Source of the DNA: Antedon mediterranea
Taxonomy: Eukaryota; Animalia; Echinodermata
DNA: 64,000 bases
NCBI RefSeq assembly: GCF_964355755.1
Contig: NC_092670.1
Span: forward strand, 11,394,795-11,458,794
Direction: 5' to 3'
Both the position numbers and the translations under genes were made by a program. Each line of letters opens with the position of its first letter. Position 1 is the first letter of the stretch. Shown here one piece after another: positions 52,001 through 63,919 of the stretch. The notes beneath the pieces are model-generated. The model saw only the letters and a program-made list of their open reading frames with translations. It had not been told where the DNA came from and ran no database searches.

Positions 52001-54039
52001 TTTTAAACTGTTACTGAAAATATATACGACCTTAAGCATTTTAAACATGGGTCACATGATGAGACTAAATTACCTCATGTTGAAATATTGGAAATCCTGA
52101 ACATTCACTAATGTCAAAACGAATGAGAAACATTTCCTAAAACAATTTTAAGAAGGTAATTTTTAAAGATACGCCGCAAACGCAATGACATAAAAATAAA
52201 CGACACGCTTACTAGCAAATATTACGATACATCAAAAATGACTTTTTAAATGGCAGAAAAAACACGAAAACCAAACTGATCGTTTGTTTTGAGTTAAAAA
52301 GGTTATTGTTACACTACAATGAAACTTTCCAAATATCCAATTTGTTAGGCCCGACTGACTACTAGGATGACTCGCGCGTACAAAATCGTAATTTATCAAC
52401 ATTTAAACGCGCGCGTACAGAACCAAACCTTGTCTTAAATAAAAACAAAATCGTACTTTATTATTCTTGTTTAAACGCGTGCGTACAAAATCGTACTTTA
52501 ATATCCTTTGTGCGTACAACACAGTACTAATTTGATCGTTTTAATAAATACCGACAGGCGTAGTAAACTGTATTCCATCATAGATGTTGGCATTCAATAA
52601 TTAAAACTACGCCATGTGTTACAAATGGTCAAGAAATTAGAACAATCAACAAACACCTGTAGGCTAACACGGCCGGCTTCAACTATTCCGTTTTCAGAAT
52701 TATGTGTAGGCCTACACGTGGGACTTCAATATTGTTAATTGCTTAATAATTGTTGATGACTAATATAATAATGGAAGATTGCTCAAATTAGCCTATAAAT
52801 ACTGTTTTCATTCATTTTACGTTCATTTTTCCGAAAATGTGAGTTGAGTCTGCAATTATAAAATCACTTATTTTCTACAAATGTGTGATTTAGTACAGGT
52901 CCGCTGGTCAATAAAAGCCATGGAGAGATTTGATCCCTGGCATTAACTAGCCGGTTTTTGGCCAGTAAATGTGTACAGACATTGTGTATGTTTAAAAAAT
53001 TGATGAGCAGTAACATTTAATTCGAGCCAGTAACAAAACTGTTTTACATGCCGAATAACCTGAATGACGACCCTAGTATTTTTTTACGGTAAATATTGTT
53101 TATCAGCATCAGTGTTTATAGTTTCTATCTTACGTTTAAAATAAATTATAGTACAGTATTAAAATAAAAGCAAATACATGGACACTGCATGTACACTATA
53201 GTTAAGTTACATATTAATTCAATGCAAAATACTGGTTGATGCATACAGTAGTCTTCGTCTATTTCATTTAGGACCGTTGTTAATTTAATAGAAATACTTA
53301 CATCCTAGGTTTAACAGGATCAGGCAATCTGTACTAGCAACACTGTGATATTAACTATGTTTGAAAGAAGAAGATCGTACTTACAAGTTAATCAATTAGG
53401 TAGCGGTTGTTTCATAGAGCGTAGATGCAATCCGTCCGTTTCGTTTCAATCTTCTTGGCTAATTGAACACAACTACTACTCAGCTCTATATTTTCACCAA
53501 TCCCATGTCTATATTCGAGGCATTGCCAATAACGAAGTCTGATTGGTCAGAATTTTTCACTTAATCGACGGATCACCAATAACAACATAAGTTACGATGT
53601 AAACCATTTATTTTCACGTTCATAAAAAATTCAAATTAAATCCGTTAATTTTGGTGATAAAATGAATTGATTACCTATTCATTGTTAATAACTTTATTTT
53701 CGCGGGTCGTTAATTCGCGATCGTTCTATAATAATAATAATAATCGGACTCTAATATAATGAGATCATGCATAGAATGAAATGTGATCATTGCAAAATTG
53801 ACAACAGTAATTGTACAGACATTAATTCATTTTTGTATCCATAAAACGTTGGCGCTTAACAGTTTAGGTGACGTCACAGTGACGATCCAGCAATTAAGCA
53901 AATAGGGTGGTGGGGTTGGGGAGAGAAGGTACACAAACATGACATTTGATATGGTAGGCTAAAAAAATTCTACAGACAGTTTTTCCCCTCAAGACTTTCT
54001 CTGAATAAATTGTTATAGATCAAACACCGGTAGGTTATG

Positions 54040-54920
54040 TCAACGGATTTGTGACTGAATGGTAGAGTTTAGCTCGTTAAATTGGAGTAGGCCTACTTGG
54101 TTCGAAAACATCGACTTCATTTTGTAAACAGAATGACTAACTAGCACTAAATTGATTAATACAGAAAGCATGCATACTTTGATGTCCATAAGATTTTTTA
54201 TAATAACTCTGTACCTTATTATGTCCATTTTGAAAGAATTAATAGTTACCACACAAGAAATAGTCAGTTAAATTAGGATACCCTTTTCAATTGGTAAATG
54301 TAATACCACTTTTTATTATCGTGGTTTAAAAGCTTGGAACGATCTACATAATTACATAAAATGTATTAACAATAATAATATTCCTAAACATGCTGTTAAA
54401 AAGCACTTATCGAGTCTCATACCATTATAACAAATATTTTTAAAAATACGCATGTAATTAAAATTACATGCGTATTTTGTATTTATTTATAGTCTTCACA
54501 TTTTTAGTGTATCATATTTTTAAGTCTATTTCTCTATGCCATTTTTGTTTATTGTGTACTCGTTTTTGTAGTTTTACCGTTTTTTGTTTTTGTCGCTCAA
54601 GTTTATGATAATAGGATCCCATTGGAAATAAGTTGTTTTTTCGACTTTATGGGCTATCCTAGGTTTCTTGTGTACTGTGCAATACTTTATGGGCTATCCT
54701 AGGTTTCTTGTGTACTGTGCAATACTTTATGGGCTATCCTAGGTTTCTTGTGTACTGTGCAATACTTTATGGGCTATCCTAGGTTTCTTGTGTACTGTGC
54801 AATACTTTATGGGCTATCCTAGGTTTCTTGTGTACTGTGCAATACTTTGCATGTTTCTATTAATGTATTTTTAATCTTTGTCTTGTAATTTTATGTTGAA
54901 ACCTGAATAAAATCAAATCA
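54040..54920 (+). mobile_element. 3' part of an L2/CR1/Crack-group LINE
   Basis: Reads SYHTRNS ... TFYYRGLKAWNDLHNYIKCINNNNIPKHAVKKHL, then a 3' UTR ending aataaaatcaaatca. Confidence 0.75.
54644..54843. repeat. Five perfect tandem copies of a 40-bp unit (actttatgggctatcctaggtttcttgtgtactgtgcaat)
   Basis: Units start at 54644, 54684, 54724, 54764 and 54804. Confidence 0.98.
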
Positions 54921-57216
54921 TACTTGTACCTAAGCAGTTTGTGCCACCACACAATGGATTTCAAATGATGTATAATCTGCCTTGTGTGTCTGTGTTTTCT
55001 AATTACCATGTTATGTAGGCATTGAACGGTGAAACTCTTCCCTGGTGTAGGTATCTCTAGTAGGCCTCGAGTGCGATTAGATCCGCGCAATAAATGGCCA
55101 GGAACTTCATAAACTTTGGAATGTCACATGACAGGTTGTATTATCAATAAAGAGATAATATACAACAATTAGGCCTAGGCCTCTACTGCACGCGTCGGTT
55201 ATTGAAAATGAAAGTGCGACGCTTATTGGTCACGTACGTTTGCATTAGACTAGACAACAGGTAATAATAATAATTACAGAAATCATCATCAACCGTTACC
55301 GTATATATACCGCCGGCTTAGAAACAAGTAACGTCGGTAAATGACATGAAAGAAGACAAGTATTTACGTAAATCTGATATGAACAGAAAACAAACCTGTG
55401 ATATATAATTTACAACGCAACAATATCAGGTATCCACCTGCGAATGTCAATTACGCTGATTGAATCAATAGCGTCAACAACCCAATGAAATCGCGTACAT
55501 CTCATCAATGAAGACACGCTCTTATTACCCCAGCTATTACGACTGCGTCTCCATCGCCAACACTTAACTAAATTAAAATACGTCAACCCGGGAAACTGAC
55601 ACGTCCTGACAGCGTTCTTTTCTCCTGCCTTTTAAAACGGTGTTTCTATTGAAATATGTGATTCAAACAGGTGGCTCACGACATATATGTTTAATTAATC
55701 AATTCATATCTTTTTCAACCCTTCACCTCGTCTAACCGTCAACTTGATGCTTCATTAAATAAGATATTGTTATTAGTTGGTTAATAAGCTGTTTTTTTTT
55801 TGTTTAACATTTCGAATTTTTGTCACATACGGTCTATATTCTTCAGAAAGGTATGACAGGCAATTGAAGCGTTATGGCCTTGGCCATTACTACTAAGTTA
55901 CCCACTTACCTTAGGCTTAGCCTATTGTTTACTCTTCCCTGCCCTCATCAATACTGTATAGGCTTAGCACCTCCTTCTTAGTTGATGCAGTGTGTTAGTA
56001 GGTAAGGCTCCATTTACATTTGCGATTCGGGCTGGACGCGAATTTGTTTTTAAGAATGAATAATTCATGGTAGAAATTAGGGTACATTATAGCTACATAA
56101 GAATGGACAAGTTGTGTTCACAACTTCATTATTAAATCTCGAATATAAATTTCAATCAATCAGTTAATGTTACCGAAATATTGAATAGCACGCCCTCTGT
56201 TGGTCTGCATTTCCAGATATTGAACGCTTAACGGTAAATATTTTCTTGTAAAATAAACGAATCAATTTCTGGCGTTTTAGCGTAAATATAAATATATTGA
56301 GTTTGTAAACATTGCGTATCACGTCCTTGTCTCCATATAATAATAGTTAATTTTGATACATATCTTTAGCTTTCGTCGTAAGTACGCTCGTACTGTAATA
56401 AATCTTTAAAATAAGTCAAAACTAACACCTTCTGATCTTGCTTAGTGCTCAGACCATTTATCTACAATTTATTACAATTTGAGACATAGTATTTACGTTT
56501 ACACCGATATATTATTTTTGAAACACCAACAAATCCAAATGCCTAACTTTAATGTTAGATTATTAATGTGTCTTATATATAATTGTATATAATATAATAA
56601 GAATAATATAATACTGAAATAATAATCTAATCTATCTACTTTAATATCAGGGAGAGCTGTGTAGTATCCAAAACGGATTAAAAACTATTTCAGAATTAAA
56701 TAAGTTTAATGTATGTTTGCCAAATTCCCAAAAGTAGTTAAGACTGGCACGTCGACCCACATTATAAATAACTATTTAATTGACCCCCCCCCCCTCATGA
56801 TATTTATTGATAATTAATTTACCCCCTCAACAAACTAAAAAACTTAATTTTAAATAGGGACTAAGACACGTCGTTAATTTAAGATGAAAAACATCATTCT
56901 CATAATAATTGCTTTCATCTATTTGATCATTTTCAAAGAACATATTTTCTAAATGAAATGGCACCAACGTGACCAGCTAAAACATTTGGAGCGATAAACG
57001 AACAAACTAATGCATATCAAGTACGATGGCCTTTTAATCGATAATCAAAACGGTAATTGTAAATTAAAGAACATTACAGCACGAATAGCTGTGGAAACGA
57101 TAAAGCATATAACATAATGTCCATTAAAACAATCTATAAACTAGAATGCATTAGAACATTGCTAATTGCATGTAAAACGGTCAATTAGCGTATACTGTTA
57201 TTGTTAGTTGACTTAC

Positions 57217-57419
57217 CTGTTCACGTTATTCCTGATCTCAAGCTTTCCGGTTTTAAAATGTGTGCGCACGCGGTTTTAAAATGTGTGCCATAAATGTGTA
57301 TAACATTATGAAAAAGTCCTGAAGCACCGCTGTTTCCTTCACGACGCGCGGCTCGTTCTGTTTTACCGCTAGAAACAAAAAGTTGGGTTATTATCAGTGA
57401 CTGGGTGCCAAGGTTTATA
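57217..57419 (-). promoter_or_regulatory. Candidate TATA promoter and non-coding first exon
   Basis: Minus-strand TATAAA at 57419-57414, a CpG-containing stretch of about 170 nt, then a perfect CAG|GTAAGT donor at 57217/57216. Confidence 0.4.
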
Positions 57420-59604
57420 TCTCATAAATAAACCTGATGCTCAGAGCTACCCTTTAAATTAAGTTTTCTTGGAACAATGTGAACCTGATGCCTGGAGCTA
57501 CCCTTTAAGTTGTCGATTTTTCTTGGATAGTGCATCGCGTAATATAGTCTTCCGGGCTCAGTTGGAAGTTTCGTTTGGATATAGGTTATGGAGGTTTAGA
57601 TACATATATACATAACATACATAATGTAATATATGATAATGTAATGCAATAATACAAAAACAGGCTAACGATAATACAGTATGTGTATGTCTCTATTTAA
57701 ATCTATCATATCGTACTCATAAACCTGTTTTCCATGTGTTCGCGCTACCCCGCGATTTTCATTTTCATTTCGCGTCATAACCCATCCTGATCTGTGATTG
57801 GTTACACAATATTCCGCGTCACAAAAAGTAGACACAATTCGTACTAATTAACTAACCACGTATGCCTACTAATTTATCTGAAGCGAAAAATTCGTCTCAG
57901 AGAGGGATTTGTAAGATGGAAACTTAAATACGCATGCGTAGGCTATAGGCTGACGCTTTCGATTCGCGCGACCAAACATGCTTTATTTTCCATCAAGCGC
58001 ATGCGCCACCAGTGTGATACGCACGCTATAAAAGTCTGAGAAAAGTAAAATGATAAACTGTAGGCGACTGTGTAACAGGTGGTTATTTGATTGCTCGTTT
58101 CATAATAATACTATAACGTTTATTCAGCTGTACCTTTATGAATAACAGAACTGTCATACGTAGCCGTTCATAGTCACATTATTGTAGATTGTTGGTTAAG
58201 TAGTCGAGACACGTCGTCCAAATCGATTTAGTTTACCTTTTACATTGTTTTAATTATTTCCTTTCCATTTTAACGATTCGAAAATAAATATTATATGATG
58301 ATAAAACTACCAACAATATATGTCTGCTTTGTAGACGCGCTTGACGGCTTTAAATTAATTTGAGTTTTCTGTGGCCTTACCAATTATCTCATAATAGATT
58401 TCAAAATAAACTGTTTAGCAATTGATGTATTATACAACTATAGGTGACAATTATATAATTGACACGTAGGTCCATCGCAATAATTTGACCAATCACGACG
58501 CGATTGATCATCCTAAGCGTCGCTTATGATTGGTCAACTCACTTGCGTTGCAGCCAAGTGGGAACAAAACAAAAACAAAGTTATGTCCAAGTTTAGGATA
58601 TGTGCCCATATATGGAAATGATGATGTTATATCACAACCATATTTGGGCATACCACTACCACATTTGGCCATATCACACATTTTTGTTACATTTAGTTTA
58701 TAGTGTAGACCGATATTTAAACAAACATATTATTCATCTGACTGTAATTTCACTCGAAAAATGTATGATTTACGAATGGATTTAAAAAAAATAATGAATG
58801 AATACATGAATCTTAATAACAGTAAATTATGATATTTCCATATATCAAACTTTCAATAAAATTCAATAACATATCAAATGTATCTAGCTTCATATCATAT
58901 TTAGAGATAATGACATATCAAATGAATATAATGACATATCGAATTATTTAATAACAACATAAATTCTATATAATAATGCAGAATATATCATGCAATCCTC
59001 AATAGAAACATCATGTTACGTCTATTCGGTCAGGTTTTTTTCGTACATAAGTTGGGGACCCCATGTGAAAGATAGCAGAACTACTCCCTAAATATAACTA
59101 AACTTAACCCTCTAATAATCTCTCTCTCACTATAAAGTAAAAGAAGTAGCTCATAAGAGTCGAACCCATATAAAGACATGATTAGCTTTTAAACGTGTTT
59201 AATTTGCCATGTGTGGAGCTCATGTGTGGAGCTTTTTTCCGCCACATTAAATCGTATTCACGCAAAACGCTAAACATGTTGACTGAACATAGTGACATGT
59301 TGACTGCTAATTAATGAGTGAAGGAAAACAACATGTAGCTATAAACACGTTTAGGCTTTAAACACGTACAATGTAACTATGTTTTTGAAAGCTAAATGTT
59401 AAAAAAGTGGTTACAAAACACATGTTTAAGATCAAAACACATGTTTAAGATCAAAACACTTATATTTTTACAGTGTATATTTACTTATTTACTTAATGTG
59501 TCCCCTTATAATATGGCGTCCATTGTATAAAGTCAACTACAACGAGGTGCTCATCTTATGACGAGTGAAGTGATGTCTCCGCTGATGATGATGAAGCTGT
59601 GTTG

Positions 59605-60290
59605 ATTCAGATTCAGATAATATTTATTTAGATAATAATGAATGAATATATACAAAATAGAAAAAAGATATTAAAGTGAACATAGATAAAGCAGTAATTG
59701 GTAGTCATTATTATCATGGATCCCTTCTAGAAGTTAAAAACTTGTCTCGTAGGGACCCATAACAAAACACATTACTAAAAAAATTTAAAAAAAATAACCT
59801 AGAATATATAATTATATAATTTAACATCTTCTTTATAAAAATTATTTAAATTATATTTCAATAGTTTCATGATAATTATAAATGAAATAACTACCGATAT
59901 TGGTAAATGAAAAAAAAAATATGTATACATAAATTATAATTCCAGTATATATATAGTATATACTATATATACATTATATATAGTATAAATTAAAGATTGC
60001 AATAATAAACAACAACTAATATTTTGTGTAAGACATAAATAGTATATGAGTATAAATAATGATAATAAGCATATTAACTAAGCAGTATAATATTTAGATA
60101 TATAATGATTCTTTAACTTTTTTCGGAAAGTAAATAATGATATTGACGTTTTGATATTTGGTGGGATATTTGATGTTTTACCAATGAGTTATTCTTATAG
60201 AATGGTAATGTAAGGAAATTATCAGAAAAAAGAGTGCAATTTATATGGGAAGCCGAATTAGAAAAACTACACAAATCTGGAAAAAATAAA
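59605..60290 (-). mobile_element. Degenerate 3' end of an L2/CR1-group LINE
   Basis: The minus strand near 60110-60175 encodes NIPPNIKTSISLFTFRKKLK. An AT-rich 3' UTR ends taaataaatattatctgaatctgaa. Confidence 0.6.
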
Positions 60291-61709
60291 CTCAATATAT
60301 AGACCTAAATCGTATGAAACTGTCATTTATTTTTTTTAAACCGCTTTTGGCCACAAACATTTTGAGAACCGCACATTGGAGTATGATAATTGGGACGCTA
60401 TAATAAATGTCCTCTTCTTTGATTTAGGCCTTGTCATCATCATTTTGGACACATAGTTTGATAACTGTGCATTATATGAAGGCCATGGTATTATAGTTAT
60501 TTGGTTAATCTTTGATATCTAGTCAACTCGGCTTAAAAATAACACATTTAGGCGCAATTTTTTAGAATCGTGCATTAGAGTATGATGACCATGACGCTAA
60601 GTGTTAAAGTATCGTATCATCACTTATTCTTATAATATTAATCTTCTTTGATTTTAGCTCTTTATTATCTAAATGGAACAAGTCCTCGCTTATTCTCCAG
60701 TATAGAGATTTCAAGTGTTTTTTTCACTGCATTGAATAACATGCATTTAAAACATAATTATAAACAAAAGCATTATGTCGATCTCTTGTGTAATCCCAAT
60801 TGGCTTTTATTCTCTATAGATTTAGCGCAATATGTCTTATTGATTATAATCAAGTTACATGCTGTTTAAATAGATAGTTATTATTTTTGCCATGCTTGCA
60901 TCTAGAGTAATACCATTAATTCTTAATACAACATAGCAAGCTGATCTTATTCATGTTATTGAATGCCAAGAACACAAGACACAAATGTGTATAGCGTAAT
61001 ATAATCTTGTCGCGATATAGGTCTTTTCGTTTCAGAATTGTCTTTTGAAGTATATATTTTTACTGGCATTGTTTTCACCGGCATGATTATAGGTATCATA
61101 ACGCACTATGCAAAATAATCTCCTGAGCATGCTAGTCGGCACACATTCAGCGCCACCTAGCCAGCCGACCTCTCACATACAGTTTCTCTAATTCATTATT
61201 ATACATTAAAACGATATATTTTTCCATCGGAAAGCGGAAACAAAGCAATGAATGAAACCAGATTCTCCTGCGGGGTCCGAGGTTCATATTATAACGCATT
61301 GATTATAATTATTCCTTACCTTTAAAAACATGCACAACTTAATTTGCCTCTTCTACCCAATTCGTTGGTGGTGCACTATGATCGGTGTCATTCTTACCAT
61401 GGCATGTTCAGAAAGTATTAAGTATAGGCCTAGACATGAAATGCAGTGATTAACATGCGCACCTGGAACCTTTGATTTTTTATCGTTTTTAGGATATAAT
61501 AAATAATGAAGAGTATCGACAGACGAGTCAGTAAAATGCTAGGCCCAGCCTATACAGTATTGTAAGAATATAAAAAAGGTAAACTAAGGATAGGTATTGT
61601 CGTCCGCAAGCTATCTGGTGAGGAAATTTGGATTACGCCCTCCACGGCAGCCAGCAGTGCAGCGTCTTCCCAGATCAGAACACACCGACGGTCACTCCAG
61701 GTCTAAACA

Positions 61710-61882
61710 CAGTGGCGTAACGCAGTGGCCTGAGCCCCCTGGTGTAGGAACCAAAGTGTCCTTCCAACGCTGGAAGACTCGGCCGTTTTAAGGCCCTTTT
61801 TTCCTCTGGCACTGCCCAGCGGCCCCATAAGCTCCGGGCCCCTGGGTTTAGCCAGTGATGGCTCATAGCCGTTACGCCACTG
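61710..61882. mobile_element. hAT-type MITE with 13-bp perfect TIRs and a degenerate 8-bp TSD
   Basis: tctaaaca|CAGTGGCGTAACG ... CGTTACGCCACTG|tctttaca (6 of 8 TSD positions match). Confidence 0.85.
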
Positions 61883-63275
61883 TCTTTACAGCATATTGTA
61901 TAATTTATAATCAATCTAAAAACTAGAAATGAATTGAAGTGAATGAATAGAAATATACTGTATTAAAGAAGCGTCTTGAGCTTATGTTCCGGTGGTACTA
62001 CGCTTTGAAAGAGACCGTGTTTTTAGCAATTTAAAATTTAAGTGGAAAACTTTGAATATTCTTTGCACTAGATACCAATCATGATAATTAACTAAATAAA
62101 AGAAGGAATTCCACGTAATTTTTACAATAATGTATTACATTATACATTCATATTGAACAAAATGTATACCGAAAATTGGTAATCCAACAAATGGGAAATA
62201 CTTACTAGATTGTAATTACACGATTAGGCAATATATTATTTTAAATGTGTGTTTGTGTACTTTTCACTATATCATCGTCATTCATATTAAGCGAGGGCGC
62301 ACGCATGCTTCTAGCCTAAACAATATTCAAGTGTCAAACTTGTTTACGTAGCAAAATTAAAATAAAGGATAGGAGTATTATATATGATATGGGGTTTTCG
62401 ACTTGCGACACGACCGAAAGTTAGGCCTACGTTAATATATGTATTCACTGTGGGGATGATAGGTCGTAACTTAACCTTAATCATATAAAAATACAGACGC
62501 CTCTCAGGATACTGGACACAATAATTTATTCTCACTAGGCCTACAGATTCTCAAATGTTCTCATTAAGACATTTAATGTTAGCAGCAGCAAGTAACGATC
62601 TATCACCCCCAACAACCATGCATTTTTTGCAACATTAACTACTCATTATATTGACTAAACTATAATGAAATGAGAACAGATATACCTACAACGCCTATTT
62701 TAGACTAATAATTGTCGTGGGTTTTACAGATAGAGCAAATTCGATATTCAGATGCAATTGTTATTATAATGTAAACGTGTAAGTAGCAAGTTAATCGAAA
62801 TATAAACACTTTTCTAATGGTTGTAGACGATAGAAAGTTTTTTAAATGAAACTTAGTTGATAAACACATTTTTATGTTTTTGTTATTGCTATAATATTGT
62901 ATTGTGTTTTTTGTGCTGCCTTTTATATATTTGTATATCATGTAAATACAATTCTTTTAACATTTGCTGCTTTTTTATATTGTTTTATATGCTATAATAA
63001 AAATAAATAAATAAAAAATACAGAAAAGGAACAATGACGACGTTTCATGATAATAAAAATACAAAAGGCACATTCGACGCGTAATTCACGCTGACTAAGA
63101 AAGGAGCCATACAAAGGCAGCGGATTGTCTGAAAGAAGAAGATAAAACTCTTTTTATTTTATTCATTAGACACTTTTAAATTATACGATACTATGGCAAT
63201 ATAAATAACAATTTTACTGAAAAAATGAATATTTTATATAAATACAAGAAAATAGTCAATTTGTCATCAAATTTC

Positions 63276-63354
63276 ATGATGGCCAAGATGACAGCAGTAG
63301 ATCTAGTAATGTTGACTGCTTGTTTTGTTTGTCAAATTCAAGATGGACAAACAT
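63276..63354 (+). CDS. Candidate first coding exon (signal-peptide-like) of a gene continuing to the right of the window
   Basis: TATATAAA at ~63235-63242, then MMAKMTAVDLVMLTACFVCQIQDGQT, then a phase-1 donor CAT|GTAAGT. Confidence 0.4.
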
Positions 63355-63394
63355 GTAAGTTTAAATATACGGGTCTTTATGAATTTGTTTTGTA

Positions 63395-63919
63395 CCGTAT
63401 TTACTTAGACGGGCGGTATCGACGCAAAGTGCTGTATTGCGTAATCACAAGTGGGAACCGACAAGGCAATAGTGCTGCAAGCATCGTAGGTTTGATTTCA
63501 CGCAGGCGGGGGCAAACACAATGATTGGAAGGCCATTTTCTTACGTTGCGTAGATTTCGTTACGTTGCGTCGCTAGTGAGAACCAAGCTTAAAGCTTGGT
63601 TTCAACTAGAACGTAACGCAAGGACGTAAACGCAACGCAAGCGTTTTAACCAAAGCGAAGTTATAGAGAGTTAGCAATCACAAGCGAATAAGCTATCGCT
63701 TGTGATTGGTCAATTCACTTGCGTTGCATTACGTCCTTGTGTTGCGTCACTAGTGGGAACCACGCTTAAGTGGAAACCCGCGTAGCTTGTCTCACGGGAC
63801 GTAGAATCTTTTTTTACATACCGAGCGGAAACCATCCGTCCGCCCCGCGTTGTGTAAATGGTCATAAGGAACAACATAGATTCTATATTACCGTTACCGC
63901 TCTTCTGAGTAAGTTTGCA
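63395..63919. mobile_element. Nested MITEs: a family B element interrupted by an A-related element (63416-63589) and a family A element (63593-63766)
   Basis: B left TIR remnant atttacttagacgggcggtatcg at ~63399-63421. Junctions gaaccaagct|taa|agcttgg and gaaccacgct|taa|gtggaaacccgcgtagc, where B resumes at its internal TAA. Confidence 0.8.

Noticed and set aside
28815-54843. CRISPR-like appearance of the regular arrays (22-, 40-, 41- and ~120-bp units)
   Set aside because: The units abut with no unique spacers, there are no cas genes, and the context is eukaryotic. They are minisatellites.
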